DNA of 64,000 nt from Macrostomum lignano (taxonomy: Eukaryota): the NCBI GenBank assembly GCA_002269645.1, contig NIVC01002684.1, positions 47,674 to 111,673 on the forward strand, in the 5' to 3' direction. The translations under genes and the position numbers were made by a program. The stretch's first letter is position 1; each line of letters opens with the position of its first letter. The notes under the pieces were generated by a model. That model was not told where the DNA came from. It searched no databases and saw only the letters and a list, made by a program, of their open reading frames with translations. Positions 13,008-25,775 of the stretch are shown in pieces.

Positions 13008-13272
13008 TTAAAGCGTCTGACTCACGACTTGAAGGTCGGGGGTTCGATTCTCGATCCCATTCGGAACAATTTGTGTTCTTGAGCAAGACACTTAACTCTG
13101 AATTGCTTCAGTTCACCCAGCTGTAAAATGGGTGCCAGCATTAGCTGGAATCATTGAGGGTGCGCGTGGCGACCCCCCAGTCCTTGGACTGAACAGCCGT
13201 ACGCAATAGCTGCGGCTGAGCTGTCGGTTGCACATCTGGCCTAATTGGAGCAGGTGTAATCAATTTATTTTT
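13008..13272 (+). mobile_element. Second CORE-type SINE copy (5'-truncated, B box GGTTCGATTC), inverted relative to 11765-12057
   Basis: High identity to the reverse complement of 11765-12057. B box at 13041-13050. Confidence 0.75.
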
Positions 13273-13936
13273 TAGCCCCGATTTGAAAATGCTTGATTTG
13301 CAGCTGTTTTGCGAAGAGGGTACATGTACATGTAGAGTGGCTTAAATGCGACCAATGGCTTATCCTTCACTGGGCCAATAGATGATCAAGAAGAGACGTC
13401 GGAACTGGCTTCATCACTCGCTAGAGCCTATTCTTCATACGTTGAAGCTTGAACAGCTTGAAGCGTCATTATCGAATTCCATTTTTAAAGTACGCTCGTA
13501 CAGCGTAAGTCTTGGGCTTATTGGATTATATAATAATGAAACTATACGTCAAAGGGTTTTTAAAGGATTACGCATTTGAGCTTGTCTGCTCAGTAGCATA
13601 TTTTCTCCTCGGAAAGTCAGCATTGGGATTAATTATAACCTTTGATTCGTTCCTCCTATTTTAAGGTACGATAGTACAACAAGAAACCCTGGGAATCCGT
13701 GGGAGTGCTGAGTTTAAAGGCGAAAGATCAATTTACGAGCGTATTCTAAGATTGATGTCCTAGTTATTTAATATTTGACACAGTGCACGTATTTTGCATT
13801 CCAGCCAGAATTTTAGGATTTATAGGCGCATTTCCAACCCTGGACTAAACACGGGGTGTAACCATGGGGGACAGGGGGCAGTGCCATATGCAATCGGCTG
13901 GCAAAAGCATATGGCACCCCATGAAGCAGCCTGCCC

Positions 13937-14397
13937 CTGGTGCTGGCGCCCCTGGTGCTGGCGCCCCTGGTGCTAGCGCCCCTGGTGCTGGCGTCCCTGG
14001 TGCTGGCGCCCCTGGTGCTGGCGCCCCTGGTGCTGGCGCCCCTGGTGCTGGCGCCCCTGGTGCTGGCGCCCCTGGTGCTGGCGCCCCTGGTGCTGGCGCC
14101 CCTGGTGCTGGCGCCCCTGGTGCTGGCGCCCCTGGTGCTGGCGCCCCTGGTGCTGGCGCCCCTGGTGCTGGCGCCCCTGGTGCTGGCGCCCCTGGTGCTG
14201 GCGCCCCTGGTGCTGGCGCCCCTGGTGCTGGCGCCCCTGGTGCTGGCGCCCCTGGTGCTGGCGCCCCTGGTGCTGGCGCCCCTGGTGCTGGCGCCCCTGG
14301 TGCTGGCGCCCCTGGTGCTGGCGCCCCTGGTGCTGGCGCCCCTGGTGCTGGCGCCCCTGGTGCTGGCGCCCCTGGTGCTGGCGCCCCTGGTGCTGGC
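13937..14397. repeat. 15-bp near-perfect tandem repeat (cctggtgctggcgcc), about 30 copies, in the GPCR intron
   Basis: Directly visible. Confidence 0.95.
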
Positions 14398-14502
14398 TCA
14401 AATGAAATGGCGCCTCACTAAGGCTACTCCTCTTCACCAAACGCACCCAGGAAAGAACCGCACAACCACGGCAGTCTGATAGCAAGCCACTGGGCTACTT
14501 AC

Positions 14503-14888
14503 CGCACGGCGCTGACTACATAGAACAGGTAGAATCCCAGGAACACGGCATCGAGCATCGAGATGGCCGCCAGGTAAGCATAGGCCGGTCCATCGAAATG
14601 CTGTTTCTTGAACACGCAGAAAGTGGACAGGTTGAGAACGATTCCCGTGCAGCAGAGCAAAACCGGAACGTGAAAGGTGAGCAGCAGTTCCAGCTGCATC
14701 TCCGGAGGGCTCAGCTTACACTCGGACTTGTTAGCCAGGTGCCAGCGCACCTGACTGATGGGCGACTGGCAGGTGAGGTTTGTGTCCTCGGTGTCGAGTA
14801 AACTGTGCGTCTGCATGTCGAAGTCACGGCGGCAGCTGCGGGCAGCCCTGTGGAAGCAGATCGGGGTTACAAGTCTCTTTAATCTCAT
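14503..14888 (-). CDS. Same GPCR, exon 1 (N-terminus, TM1, TM2)
   Basis: N-glycosylation sequons NLT and NKS; TM1 ...CTGIVLN; TM2 AYAYLAAISMLDAVFLG; donor CG|gtaagt at 14502. The start could instead be the ATG at 14816. Confidence 0.82.
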
Positions 14889-15769
14889 TTCTTGTCAAGG
14901 ATTCCACAGATTCATCGCCCTCTCACCTGTCCAGTGCAGCTAATCCAAGTGCTTCCTTCTCTTCGTTACCTTCTACTGTCTCGGCCTTCTTTTCCTATCC
15001 GCTCCAGGCGTGCTGAGCCGGCCTGAATTGGTGGCAGCCCAAAGAAGAAGCAGAAAGCAGAAATTAAATGCAGCAGCGGCTCTGCCAGCGCCTGATTGGC
15101 TGCGAGCGAATTGAACCCAACCTCAACCCGATGCACTTCGTTCAGTCATTGAATTATTCATTTCTCCACCTTTGCCTCTCTCTCTCTCCCTCTCTGCTAA
15201 GCCCAGCCGACTTTCCAGAATGCATCGTAGCGACCAGGCAGGTGGGCTTGCACTGGCCGTATCCTGATGATTTCTGAAGGTTCTGAGTAAACTTTTATAG
15301 CAAATTTGAGATTCCACTTTCAAATCCGTGATTTGAAATCAACCAGTTTTTGTCTGGATAAATACAGATAAATACAGCAGTTGAATTTCCACTCCAGTTG
15401 TGCCAATTAAAGGAATATCAATGGCAATTTCTCAAGCACATATTCACGCCTCTCGCTGGCCAGGTGTTGAGAGTCTTCCAGCCTATTTCTGTCCGCAACC
15501 TGCACCTTCCACTCAATTCTGATTCTCTACTCTTCCTGCCTGATTTCTCCTACTGCAGCCCCCGATTCATCCTGGCTCAGAGCGCGGCATCAGGCTGTGC
15601 TTGTGAGCTGAGCCGTTAGAGTGCGAGAGGCAAAGTCGCGTGACTTTGCGGAAGTTTTTATGCGTTCTAAAACTTGCTTAGCACTCAATTCTAGTGAAAT
15701 ACGAGTAGTTTTCCATATATTGTCTACTACTTACAGTTACCTGTATATAGGACACCCCTACTGTATCCG

Positions 15770-16998
15770 CTTGCAGGACACTCAAGACCGATTGCAGGAC
15801 ACTCAAGACCGATTGTAGGACACTCAAGACCGGTTGCAGGACACTCAAGACCGATTGCAGGACAATAAAGACCGATTGCAGGACACTCAAGACCGATTGC
15901 AGGACACTCAAGACCGATTGCAGGACACTCAAGACCGATTGCAGGACACTCAAGACCGATTGCAGGACACTCAAGACCGATTGCAGGACACTCAATACCG
16001 ATTGCAGGACACTCAAGACCGATTGCAGGACACTCAAGACCGATTGAAGGACACCCATGCTGTATCAGATTGCAGGACACTCAAGACCGATTGCAGGACA
16101 CTCAAGACCGATTGCAGGACACTCAAGACCGATTGCAGGACACTCAAGACCGATTGCAGGACACTCAAGACCGATTGCAGGACACTCAAGACCGATTGCA
16201 GGACACTCAAGACCGATTGCAGGACACTCAAGACCGATTGCAGGACACTCAAGACCGATTGCAGGACAATAAAGACCGATTGCAGGACACTCAAGACCGA
16301 TTGCAGGACACTCATGCTGTATCAGATTGCAGGACACTCAAGACCGATTGCAGGACACTCATGCTGTATCAGATTGCAGGACACTCAAGACCGATTGCAG
16401 GACACTCAAGACCGATTGCAGGACACTCAAGACCGATTGCAGGACACTCAAGACCGATTGCAGGACACTCAATACCGATTGCAGGACACTCAAGACCGAT
16501 TGCAGGACACTCAAGACCGATTGAAGGACACCCATGCTGTATCAGATTGCAGGACACTCAAGACCGATTGCAAGACACTCAAGACCGATTGCAGGACACT
16601 CAAGACCGATTGCAGGACACTCAAGACCGATTGCAGGACACTCAAGACCGATTGCAAGACACTCAAGACCGATTGCAGGACACTCAAGACCGATTGCAGG
16701 ACACTCAAGACCACTCAAGACCGATTGCAGGACACTCAAGACCGATTGCAGGACACTCAAGACCGATTGCAGGACACTCAAGACCGATTGCAGGACACTC
16801 AAGACCACTCAAGACCGATTGCAGGACACTCAAGACCGATTGCAGGACACTCAAGACCGATTGCAGGACACTCAAGACCACTCAAGACCGATTGCAGGAC
16901 ACTCAAGACCGATTGCAGGACACTCAAGACCACTCAAGACCGATTGCAGGACACTCAAGACCGATTGCAGGACACTCAAGACCGATTGCAAGACACAG
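15770..16998. repeat. 21-bp minisatellite (gattgcaggacactcaagacc) with periodic interruptions
   Basis: Directly visible. Confidence 0.95.
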
Positions 16999-17589
16999 TG
17001 ACACACTTCCATTTTATACATGTAAAGACCACATTATACAGTAGATAAAATGACATTCCTCCTTTGGCATGCTTCTTTAGGATCTTCGCGGGCCGGCAGT
17101 AGTGGTAGTGTAAACACTCAAGTACGCTCGTGGTTTATGATTGGCTTTTACAACCGCTACACAATGCACTTCCCTAGCCCGCGATGCGCCACAAATCCCT
17201 TTGCGAAAGTTTCCCAATTAGTTTGCGAACCGAATGGGCCATAATTTGATTTCTAAGCATTAGTGTTCCCATCTACGCTTTATAGGTTGGGAAGTGCGGA
17301 AGTCAGGGAGCACTGCGAGCTGCAGTCAGAGATAAGACAACTGGGATAAAAGCATGCAGATCTGTTCATCAAATCCCAGCATATGCGAGGCTGTTGAGAA
17401 ATTGTACTTTTATTAAGCAAGAGAAAGAGAAATAATACCGCTGCCAGACCAGCTCACTTTTCGGTAACGAGCGGGCACTAATTGCGTTGATTTGACTCCA
17501 CGGCTACTATGGGAAGGCAGGATTTTTAATTCAAGCTTATCCTGACACACTTTCCTTGCTCCTCCTCTGCACCGCCTCGCTCTCTTCCC

Positions 17590-18147
17590 TGGAATTCCCC
17601 TCTATTACCCTCATCTATTTTACCCTTATCTATATTACACTCAACTCTATTACCCTCATCTCTATTCCCCTCATCTCTATTCCCCTCATCTCTATTCCCC
17701 TCATCTCTATTCCCCTCATCTCTATTCCCTTCATCTCTATTCCCCTCATCTCCATTCCCCTCATCTTCATTCCCTCCATCTCTATTCCCTTCATCTCTAT
17801 TCCCCTCATCTCCATTCCCCTCATCTTCATTCCCTCCATCTCTATTCCCTCCATCTCCATTCCCTTCATCTCTATTCCCCTCATCTCCATTCCCTTCATC
17901 TCTATTCCCCTCATCTCCATTCCCCTCATCCCAATTCCTCTCGTCTCCATTCCCATTATCTCTATTCCCCTCATCTCTATTCCCTTCATCTCTGTTCCCC
18001 TCATCTCCATTCCCCTAATCCCAATTCCTCTCGTCTCCATTCTCATTATCTCTATTCCCCTCATCTCTGTCCCCTTCATCTCCACCCCCCTCATCTCTAT
18101 TCCCCTCATCTCTGTTCCCTTCATCTCCACTCCCTTCATATCTATTC
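17590..18147. repeat. 15-bp pyrimidine-rich minisatellite (tctattcccctcatc)
   Basis: Directly visible. Confidence 0.95.
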
Positions 18148-18719
18148 TAAAAAATTGAAGTTTTGATGTCTGTGTGACAAATGAAAGTCAAGAAGTAATT
18201 GCAGATCCTTGTGGAGATGAAAAATGAAAAATAATACTAATTTACAAAACAGGTATTTTTTTAGCTCAGACCAGATACCTGGTTAGCTAAGCATGCACCC
18301 TCATTAAGCAAAGCTAAACTGTTCACCTTCTCGATTGACTTTTTATACCTATGTTTGCTCAAGTAGCAAAAAGAGCGAAAAAACATCACATGATGTCATG
18401 TACTATTGCTCAAGAAATCCTGTCACTGGGTATCATCTTGGAGACCAGACTGCCTAGACCTGGCTAATCTCTATCATTACTGGGACTGACAAAGTCAATA
18501 CAAGAATATTAATTAGGCCATGCGCAATAGATCCTTTCTTAGAAATCAGGTCTAGTCCTAACATCAAGTAAGGTTTTTGACAGGTGTCTCATATTTACAG
18601 CAATGATCGCTATTCAATGGATTGTGCTCGTATTTTTGTTGCGAGACTTCTAAATTCCAAGTTCGAACAGGGACTCTAAGATCTCATGGCTTCTGTCCCA
18701 AAGCGTTTGGTAGCATGAC

Positions 18720-20010
18720 TTCTAATCTCTCACGATTTCTAATCTTATGATTTCTAATCTCACGATTCCTAACCGCACGATTTCCAATCTCACGATTTCC
18801 AATCTCACGATTTCTAATCTCATGATTTCTAATCTTCCGATTTCTAATCTCATGATTTCCAATATCACGATTTCCAATCTCACGATTTCCAATCTCACGA
18901 TTTCCAATCTCACGATTTCCAATCTCACGATTTCCAATCTCACGATTTCCAATCTCACGATTTCCAATCTCACGATTTCCAATCTCACGATTTCCAATCT
19001 CACGATTTCCAATCTCACGATTTCCAATCTCACGATTTCCAATCTCACGATTTCCAATCTCACGATTTCCAATCTCACGATTTCCAATCTCACGATTTCC
19101 AATCTCACGATTTCCAATCTCACGATTTCCAATCTCACGATTTCCAATCTCACGATTTCCAATCTCACGATTTCCAATCTCACGATTTCCAATCTCACGA
19201 TTTCCAATCTCACGATTTCCAATCTCACGATTTCCAATCTCACGATTTCCAATCTCACGATTTCCAATCTCACGATTTCCAATCTCACGATTTCCAATCT
19301 CACGATTTCCAATCTCACGATTTCCAATCTCACGATTTCCAATCTCACGATTTCCAATCTCACGATTTCCAATCTCACGATTTCTACTCTCACGATTTCT
19401 AATCTCACGATTTCTAATCTCACGATTTCTAATCTCACGATTTCTAATCTCACGATTTCTAATCTCACGATTTCTAATCTCACGATTTCTCATCTCAAGA
19501 TTTCTAATCTCATGATTTCCAATCTTCCGATTTCTAATATCATGATTTCCAATATCACGATTTCTAATCTCTCGATTTCTCATCTTCCGATTTCAAACTT
19601 CCGACTTCAAATCTCCCGATTTATAATTCCACGATTTGTAATCTTCCGATTTCTGATCTTCTAATTTTAAATCTCAAGATTTCTATTCTCACGATTTCTA
19701 ATCTCACGATTTCTAATCTCACGATTTCTAATCTCACGATTTCTAATCTCACGATTTCTAATCTCACGATTTCTAATCTCACGATTTCTAATCTCACGAT
19801 TTCTAATCTCACGATTTCTAATCTCACGATTTCTAATCTCACGATTTCTAATCTCACGATTTCTAATCTCACGATTTCTAATCTCACGATTTCTAATCTC
19901 ACGATTTCTAATCTCACGATTTCTAATCTCACGATTTCTAATCTCACGATTTCTAATCTCACGATTTCTAATCTCATGATTTCCAATCTTATGATTTCTA
20001 ATCTCATGAT
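18720..20010. repeat. 15-bp minisatellite (atttccaatctcacg / atttctaatctcacg)
   Basis: Directly visible, with two homogenised blocks (cc versus ct variant). Confidence 0.95.
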
Positions 20011-20385
20011 TTTAAGTTTCGTAGACTTTTTCACAATGAATTTATTGCAAAATCAAAATATCTTATTTCAAACCTTAATATTCATCTCGCTACTAGCATT
20101 AGTAGTGTCATGAGGAGAGCGCCGGTGTGCGCAATAAAACTAAAGATTTGAGGCTTCTGCGACACGACGCTTCGGAATTTTTTCTCTTGTTTGCCAGGAA
20201 TCTGCGACGCAAGCGTGTAAAGTCAGGAGTATGTGCAAAAATTCTTATTGAAGTCTGCAATCGGATTAAGGAGGCGCTTTGAAGGACCCAGCGCACTGGC
20301 CTGGCTAATCCCATGTTAATCTGTTTTGAAAGCCGTCTGCTTGAGCCGATTTCCTCCCAAACAGAGCATTTCCTTTGGTGCTCTT

Positions 20386-20975
20386 TTCACTGCCTGCCTG
20401 CCCGTCACTCTACTTATCTGCCTGTCACTCTATTTATCTACCTTTCACTCTACTTATCTACCTTTCACTCTACTTATCTACCTTTCACTCTGCTTATCTA
20501 CCTGTCACTCTACTTATCTACCTTTCACTCTACTTATCTACCTGTCACTCTACTTATCTACCTTTCACTCTGCTTATCTACCTGTCACTCTACTTATCTA
20601 CCTTTCACTCTACTTATCTACCTTTCAATCTACTTATCTGCCTGTCACTCTACTTATCTACCTTTCACTTTAGTTATCTGCCTGTCACTCTACTTACTCG
20701 TATCTACCTTTCACTCTACTTATCTACCTTTCACTCTACTTATCTACCTTTCACTCTGCTTATCTACCTGTCACTCTACTTATCTACCTTTCACTCTACT
20801 TATCTACCTTTCACTCTACTTATCTACCTTTCACTCTACTTATCTGCCTGTCACTCTACTTACTCGTATCTACCTTTCACTCTACTTATCTACCTTTCAC
20901 TCTACTTATCTACCTTTCACTCTACTTATCTACCTTTCACTCTACTTATCTACCTTTCACTCTACTTATCTGCCT
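20386..20975. repeat. 20-bp minisatellite (cactctacttatctaccttt)
   Basis: Directly visible. Confidence 0.95.
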
Positions 20976-21502
20976 GACAAAGAATAAAGGGAAAAATAGA
21001 GGGAGAGATAGAGGGAGAGAGGAGACAGGAAGTTGAAGAGATGAGCAAAGTGTGTATTTACGGTTAGACACCGTTCATTGTCCATTGAATCAAGGTTGTT
21101 TGCCCCAAATTCTTGCCGGAGTTTGAAAGTTCAATAACCTAAATTTGTCACATCCAGTTCACTGTTTGACGCATTCACGGGCCTTACAAACGCGTTTTTT
21201 TTCAGTTTGAGATCCACAATGCGACAGGTACAGTGCCAGCCGTCTCGCCTGCGCTGCATGGCTTACCGTTCCGGAATATCCCGAGCTTCATTTAGGGGAG
21301 ACTGGCGTTTCCGGAAACAAAGGGTTCTGGGGATGATTTTAGACAGTCTGATGACTGCTGCATGCTGTCATGCAGCTTTTCATCTCAGTCTGGTTTGACT
21401 GCTTCATCCTCTTATTGAGTTTTGCAGACTATTTTTAACCTGTCAGATGTCGTTGGCACTCAGTGGGGCGATCAAATCAGCTGGATTTCTATTTTCTATC
21501 GG

Positions 21503-23260
21503 GCTGGACTCCAAACTAACTACATTTACAGCAAGCTGGACTCCAAACTGACTACATTTACAGCAAGCTGGACTTCAAACTGACTACATTTACAGCAAGC
21601 TGGACTCCAAACTGACTACATTTACAGCAAGCTGGAATCCAAACTGACTACATTTACAGCAAGCTGGACTTCAAACTGACTACATTTACAGCAAGCTGGA
21701 ATCCAAACTGACTACATTTACAGCAAGCTGGACTTCAAACTGACTACATTTACAGCAAGCTGGAATCCAAACTGACTACATTTACAGCAAGCTGGACTCC
21801 AAACTGACTACATTTACAGCAAGCTGGAATCCAAACTGACTACATTTACAGCAAGCTGGACTCCAAACTGACTACATTTACAGCAAGCTGGAATCCAAAC
21901 TGACTACATTTACAGCAAGCTGGACTTCAAACTGACTACATTTACAGCAAGCTGGACTCCAAACTGACTACATTTACAGCAAGCTGGAATCCAAACTGAC
22001 TACATTTACAGCAAGCTGGAATCCAAACTGACTACATTTACAGCAAGCTGGAATCCAAACTGACTACATTTACAGCAAGCTGGACTCCAAACTGACTACA
22101 TTTACAGCAAGCTGGAGTTCAAACTGACTACATTTACAGCAAGCTGGAGTTCAAACTGACTACATTTACAGCAAGCTGGAATCCAAACTGACTACATTTA
22201 CAGCAAGCTGGAATCCAAACTGACTACATTTACAGCAAGCTGGAATCCAAACTTACTACATTTACAGCAAGCTGGACTTCAAACTGACTACATTTACAGC
22301 AAGCTGGACTCCAAACTGACTACATTTACAGCAAGCTGGACTTCAAACTGACTACATTTACAGCAAGCTGGACTTCAAACTGACTACATTTACAGCAAGC
22401 TGGAATCCAAACTGACTACATTTACAGCAAGCTGGAATCCAAACTGACTACATTTACAGCAAGCTGGAATCCAAACTGACTACATTTACAGCAAGCTGGA
22501 CTTCAAACTGACTACATTTACAGCAAGCTGGACTCCAAACTGACTACATTTACAGCAAGCTGGACTCCAAACTGACTACATTTACAGCAAGCTGGACTTC
22601 AAACTGACTACATTTACAGCAAGCTGGAATCCAAACTGACTACATTTACAGCAAGCTGGAATCCAAACTGACTACATTTACAGCAAGCTGGAATCCAAAC
22701 TGACTACATTTACAGCAAGCTGGAGTCCAAACTGACTACATTTACAGCAAGCTGGAGTCCAAACTGACTACATTTACAGCAAGCTGGAATCCAAACTGAC
22801 TACATTTACAGCAAGCTGGACTTCAAACTGACTACATTTACAGCAAGCTGGAATCCAAACTGACTACATTTACAGCAAGCTGGAATCCAAACTTACTACA
22901 TTTACAGCAAGCTGGAGTCCAAACTGACTACATTTACAGCAAGCTGGAATCCAAACTGACTACATTTACAGCAAGCTGGAATCCAAACTGACTACATTTA
23001 CAGCAAGCTGGAATCCAAACTGACTACATTTACAGCAAGCTGGAATCCAAACTTACTACATTTACAGCAAGCTGGAATCCAAACTGACTACATTTACAGC
23101 AAGCTGGAGTCCAAACTGACTACATTTACAGCAAGCTGGAATCCAAACTGACTACATTTACAGCAAGCTGGAATCCAAACTGACTACATTTACAGCAAGC
23201 TGGAATCCAAACTGACTACATTTACAGCAAGCTGGAATCCAAACTGACTACATTTACAGC
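21503..23260. repeat. 32-bp minisatellite (ggaatccaaactgactacatttacagcaagct), about 55 copies
   Basis: Directly visible. Variation is almost confined to the gga-N-t-Y-c positions. Confidence 0.97.
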
Positions 23261-23729
23261 CTAAAAATAGAACGAAAGACGCAGAGCATCGTGGAAGTTA
23301 AAGTTGAGACCAGAATGGAGCGGATTAGTTCTAATCGAGCCAGCTTATGTAGTTTCCTTCGCGACAAGTCCGTGACTATTCGAGTTTACGAATCTCTGGC
23401 CTGGGAAAGTACACTTTGAAGGCGTCAAAACTTACTTAGATCGGGACTGAGTTAAGGCGGCTCGAACCCATAATCCATTATTAATTACTCACAGCAGGCA
23501 GTGCGTTTAATCCGCAAAGCCTCTATAAAGCTCAAGCAATGAACTGTATCCGCATTAGCCTTTTCTCTAGATTTATAGTTCCAGCAGTGCTTTGCCGGGA
23601 GAAACTTTCTGACCTTGGAGAAAAAAAACTTTGAGGGTCGTGTTAAAAATCAGCAGCGGATGTCTCGTATTCGCGTATGACAAGCCGCGGCGCTGGTGAT
23701 GGTCACCTCACACTGGTCTCATCCTAAAG

Positions 23730-24141
23730 CTAGGGGTCGGCAAACTTGTTTACCTGACGGGCCAGATAGAGAACCCCTAAAGCATGACTGCGGTCCGGAT
23801 TAGGGGAGAGAGGAGAGGGGATAGAGAAGAGAAAGAAGGGAGATAGGAGAAAGGAAAGATGAGAGAATAAAGAAAAGAGTAGACGAGAGGAGAGGACAGA
23901 GGGGAGAGGAGAGGAGAGAGGGGAGGAGAGAGGGAGGAGAGAGGGGAGGAGAGAGGGGAGGAGAGAGGGGAGGAGAGAGGGGAGGAGAGAGGGGAGGAGA
24001 GAGGGGAGGAGAGAGGGGAGGAGAGAGGGGAGGAGAGAGGGGAGGAGAGAGGGGAGAGACAAGGCAGGAGAGAGGAGAGGAGAGGAGAGACGAGGCGGGA
24101 GAGAGGAGAGCAGAGAGCGGACCTGAGTTTGCCGACCCTTG
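23730..24141. mobile_element. hAT (Charlie/MER58-like) MITE containing a purine-rich GGAGA minisatellite
   Basis: TIRs ctaggggtcggcaaact and agtttgccgacccttg; 8-bp TSD tcctaaag at 23722-23729 and 24142-24149. Confidence 0.8.
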
Positions 24142-24575
24142 TCCTAAAGGCTCACCTACAAGCACGGAAGTCTCATCCATAAAAGCCAGTCGCATGGGGA
24201 TACTTATTGCTTAGCCGAAACGCGGGTCCGTGGCGGATTCGGACAGAAAGCAGCGAAATGCTTGTTGTAGCAATAAATTAAAATCGGCAACGCCCTGTCT
24301 CTCGGCTTCCTGAAGTGAGGATCGGGAAAAGGAAAAGCGGATTAGCCCCTGCACAGGGGGCAGCTGGGAGGGGAAGCCAACTGATGACGGAATAGTGCAC
24401 CAACAGCTAATAATGACAGTCAGCAAAGTTTGCAACCAGTCCAGCCTGCACTGGATTTCAGCTGCCCTATCTAGTTCCCTCCGAATAGTGCTCCCACTGC
24501 TGGCATGGGCTGCTTTGTTTTGCTTGCCTTTTGTTCTCAAAAATCCTTCGATTCCGAGTTCAAGTGGTGGAAATT

Positions 24576-24884
24576 CATGCCCGAGCTCCAAATGAAAGTG
24601 GCTTGAAGCTCATAGAAGGCCTTGGAAAACTCGATGTACAGCAGGTCTCAGGCCGATTTTCATGCCCGAGCTCCAAATGAAAGTGGCTTGAAGCTCATAG
24701 AAGGCCTTGGAAAACTCGATGTACAGCAGGTCTCAGGCCGATTTTCATGCCCGAGCTCCAAATGAAAGTGGCTTGAAGATCATAGAAGGCCTTGGAAAAC
24801 TCGATGTACAGCAGGTCTCAGGCCGATTTTCATGCCCGAGCTCCAAATGAAAGTGGCGTGAAGCTCATAGAAGGCCTTGGAAAT
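24576..24884. repeat. 85-bp tandem repeat, about 3.6 copies
   Basis: catgcccgagctcc recurs at 24576, 24661, 24746 and 24831. Confidence 0.95.
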
Positions 24885-25775
24885 TGAAGAAAGTAACTTT
24901 TGGTTCAGCTTTGACTGAATTGCCTAATTCATTCAGTTTTTAATGCAGAGTTTCCGCGGCTTAGAGGTAGCCGTCTTCTTTTGGTGTCTTTAGGAGAATC
25001 CGAACCTCTTGGGGGTTATTGAATAGTCTCTTTGATGCTTAAGAGAATCACTTCTATAGGTTGAGAAACGTGGGGAACATTATCGAGAGTTTCAGATAGA
25101 CCTGTTTACAGGCTTCACTCCGCTGGTTAGGGTTAGGGTTAGGGCTTGGTTAGTTTACCTTGGTGCCTTAATGAATTGGTGTCCTTTCGTATGTTTTCTG
25201 AGGCCAGTCTGTGGGACGATATGCCTGAAGCATGGAGAATTAAGCGCCAGTGGCACCAGCTCCCGCTACAATTTCTGTAGGGACAATATAGCTTCGATAT
25301 GTCACTTGGAGGGTCCTTCAATCGGAAGACAAACCGTGTGCCACTGATTGGCGCCTGAAGTGCAAACGTGGGCGACAAAAACTGGGCAGCTTGAGCATCC
25401 TCTTTGTACCCCCTGTCTCAAAGGAGTTGTTAAGCAAGGAGCGAATTCCAAATGTGGAGGGCCTAAAGCTAATCAAGCTGATTGGGGGGCCCAGGTGGTG
25501 GCCTTTCTTTTCAAGTCTCCGTCGCAGCGGCCTCTGCTTCAGAAGTGCGTCTGCCTTGCCTCTTGTCCTCTCCTGGCAGAGCCGGTCATAGGCTGACTTG
25601 AACAGCCAACTGTGACAGAGAGGCGGCGGAACTTCGTGCCCGGCTTTAAAACTGTAGAGCTCGTGCCAAGGAATTGAGTAACTACAGCTGAGCTGAGCTG
25701 GAACTGGGCACTGATTTTGCTTTGGAAGCGAACCTAACCGAAAAAGTGTGTGAGAGACAGAGATAGCGTGACAAG

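Noticed and set aside
13864-14421. 185-aa (GAPGA)n elastin/silk-like ORF
   Set aside because: Near-perfect 15-bp DNA repeat with essentially no synonymous variation, open in several frames, no signal peptide, and antisense within a GPCR intron.
15678-20987. Long periodic ORFs (QDTQDRL, IPLIS, NREIG, STYLPFTL etc.)
   Set aside because: Translations of stop-free minisatellites; no coding signal independent of the repeat.
21503-23260. Regular 32-bp array resembling a CRISPR locus
   Set aside because: Units are contiguous with no unique spacers, there are no cas genes, and the context is eukaryotic.
25127-25144. (TTAGGG)3, also two copies near 48486
   Set aside because: Too short to support an interstitial telomere or a healed break.
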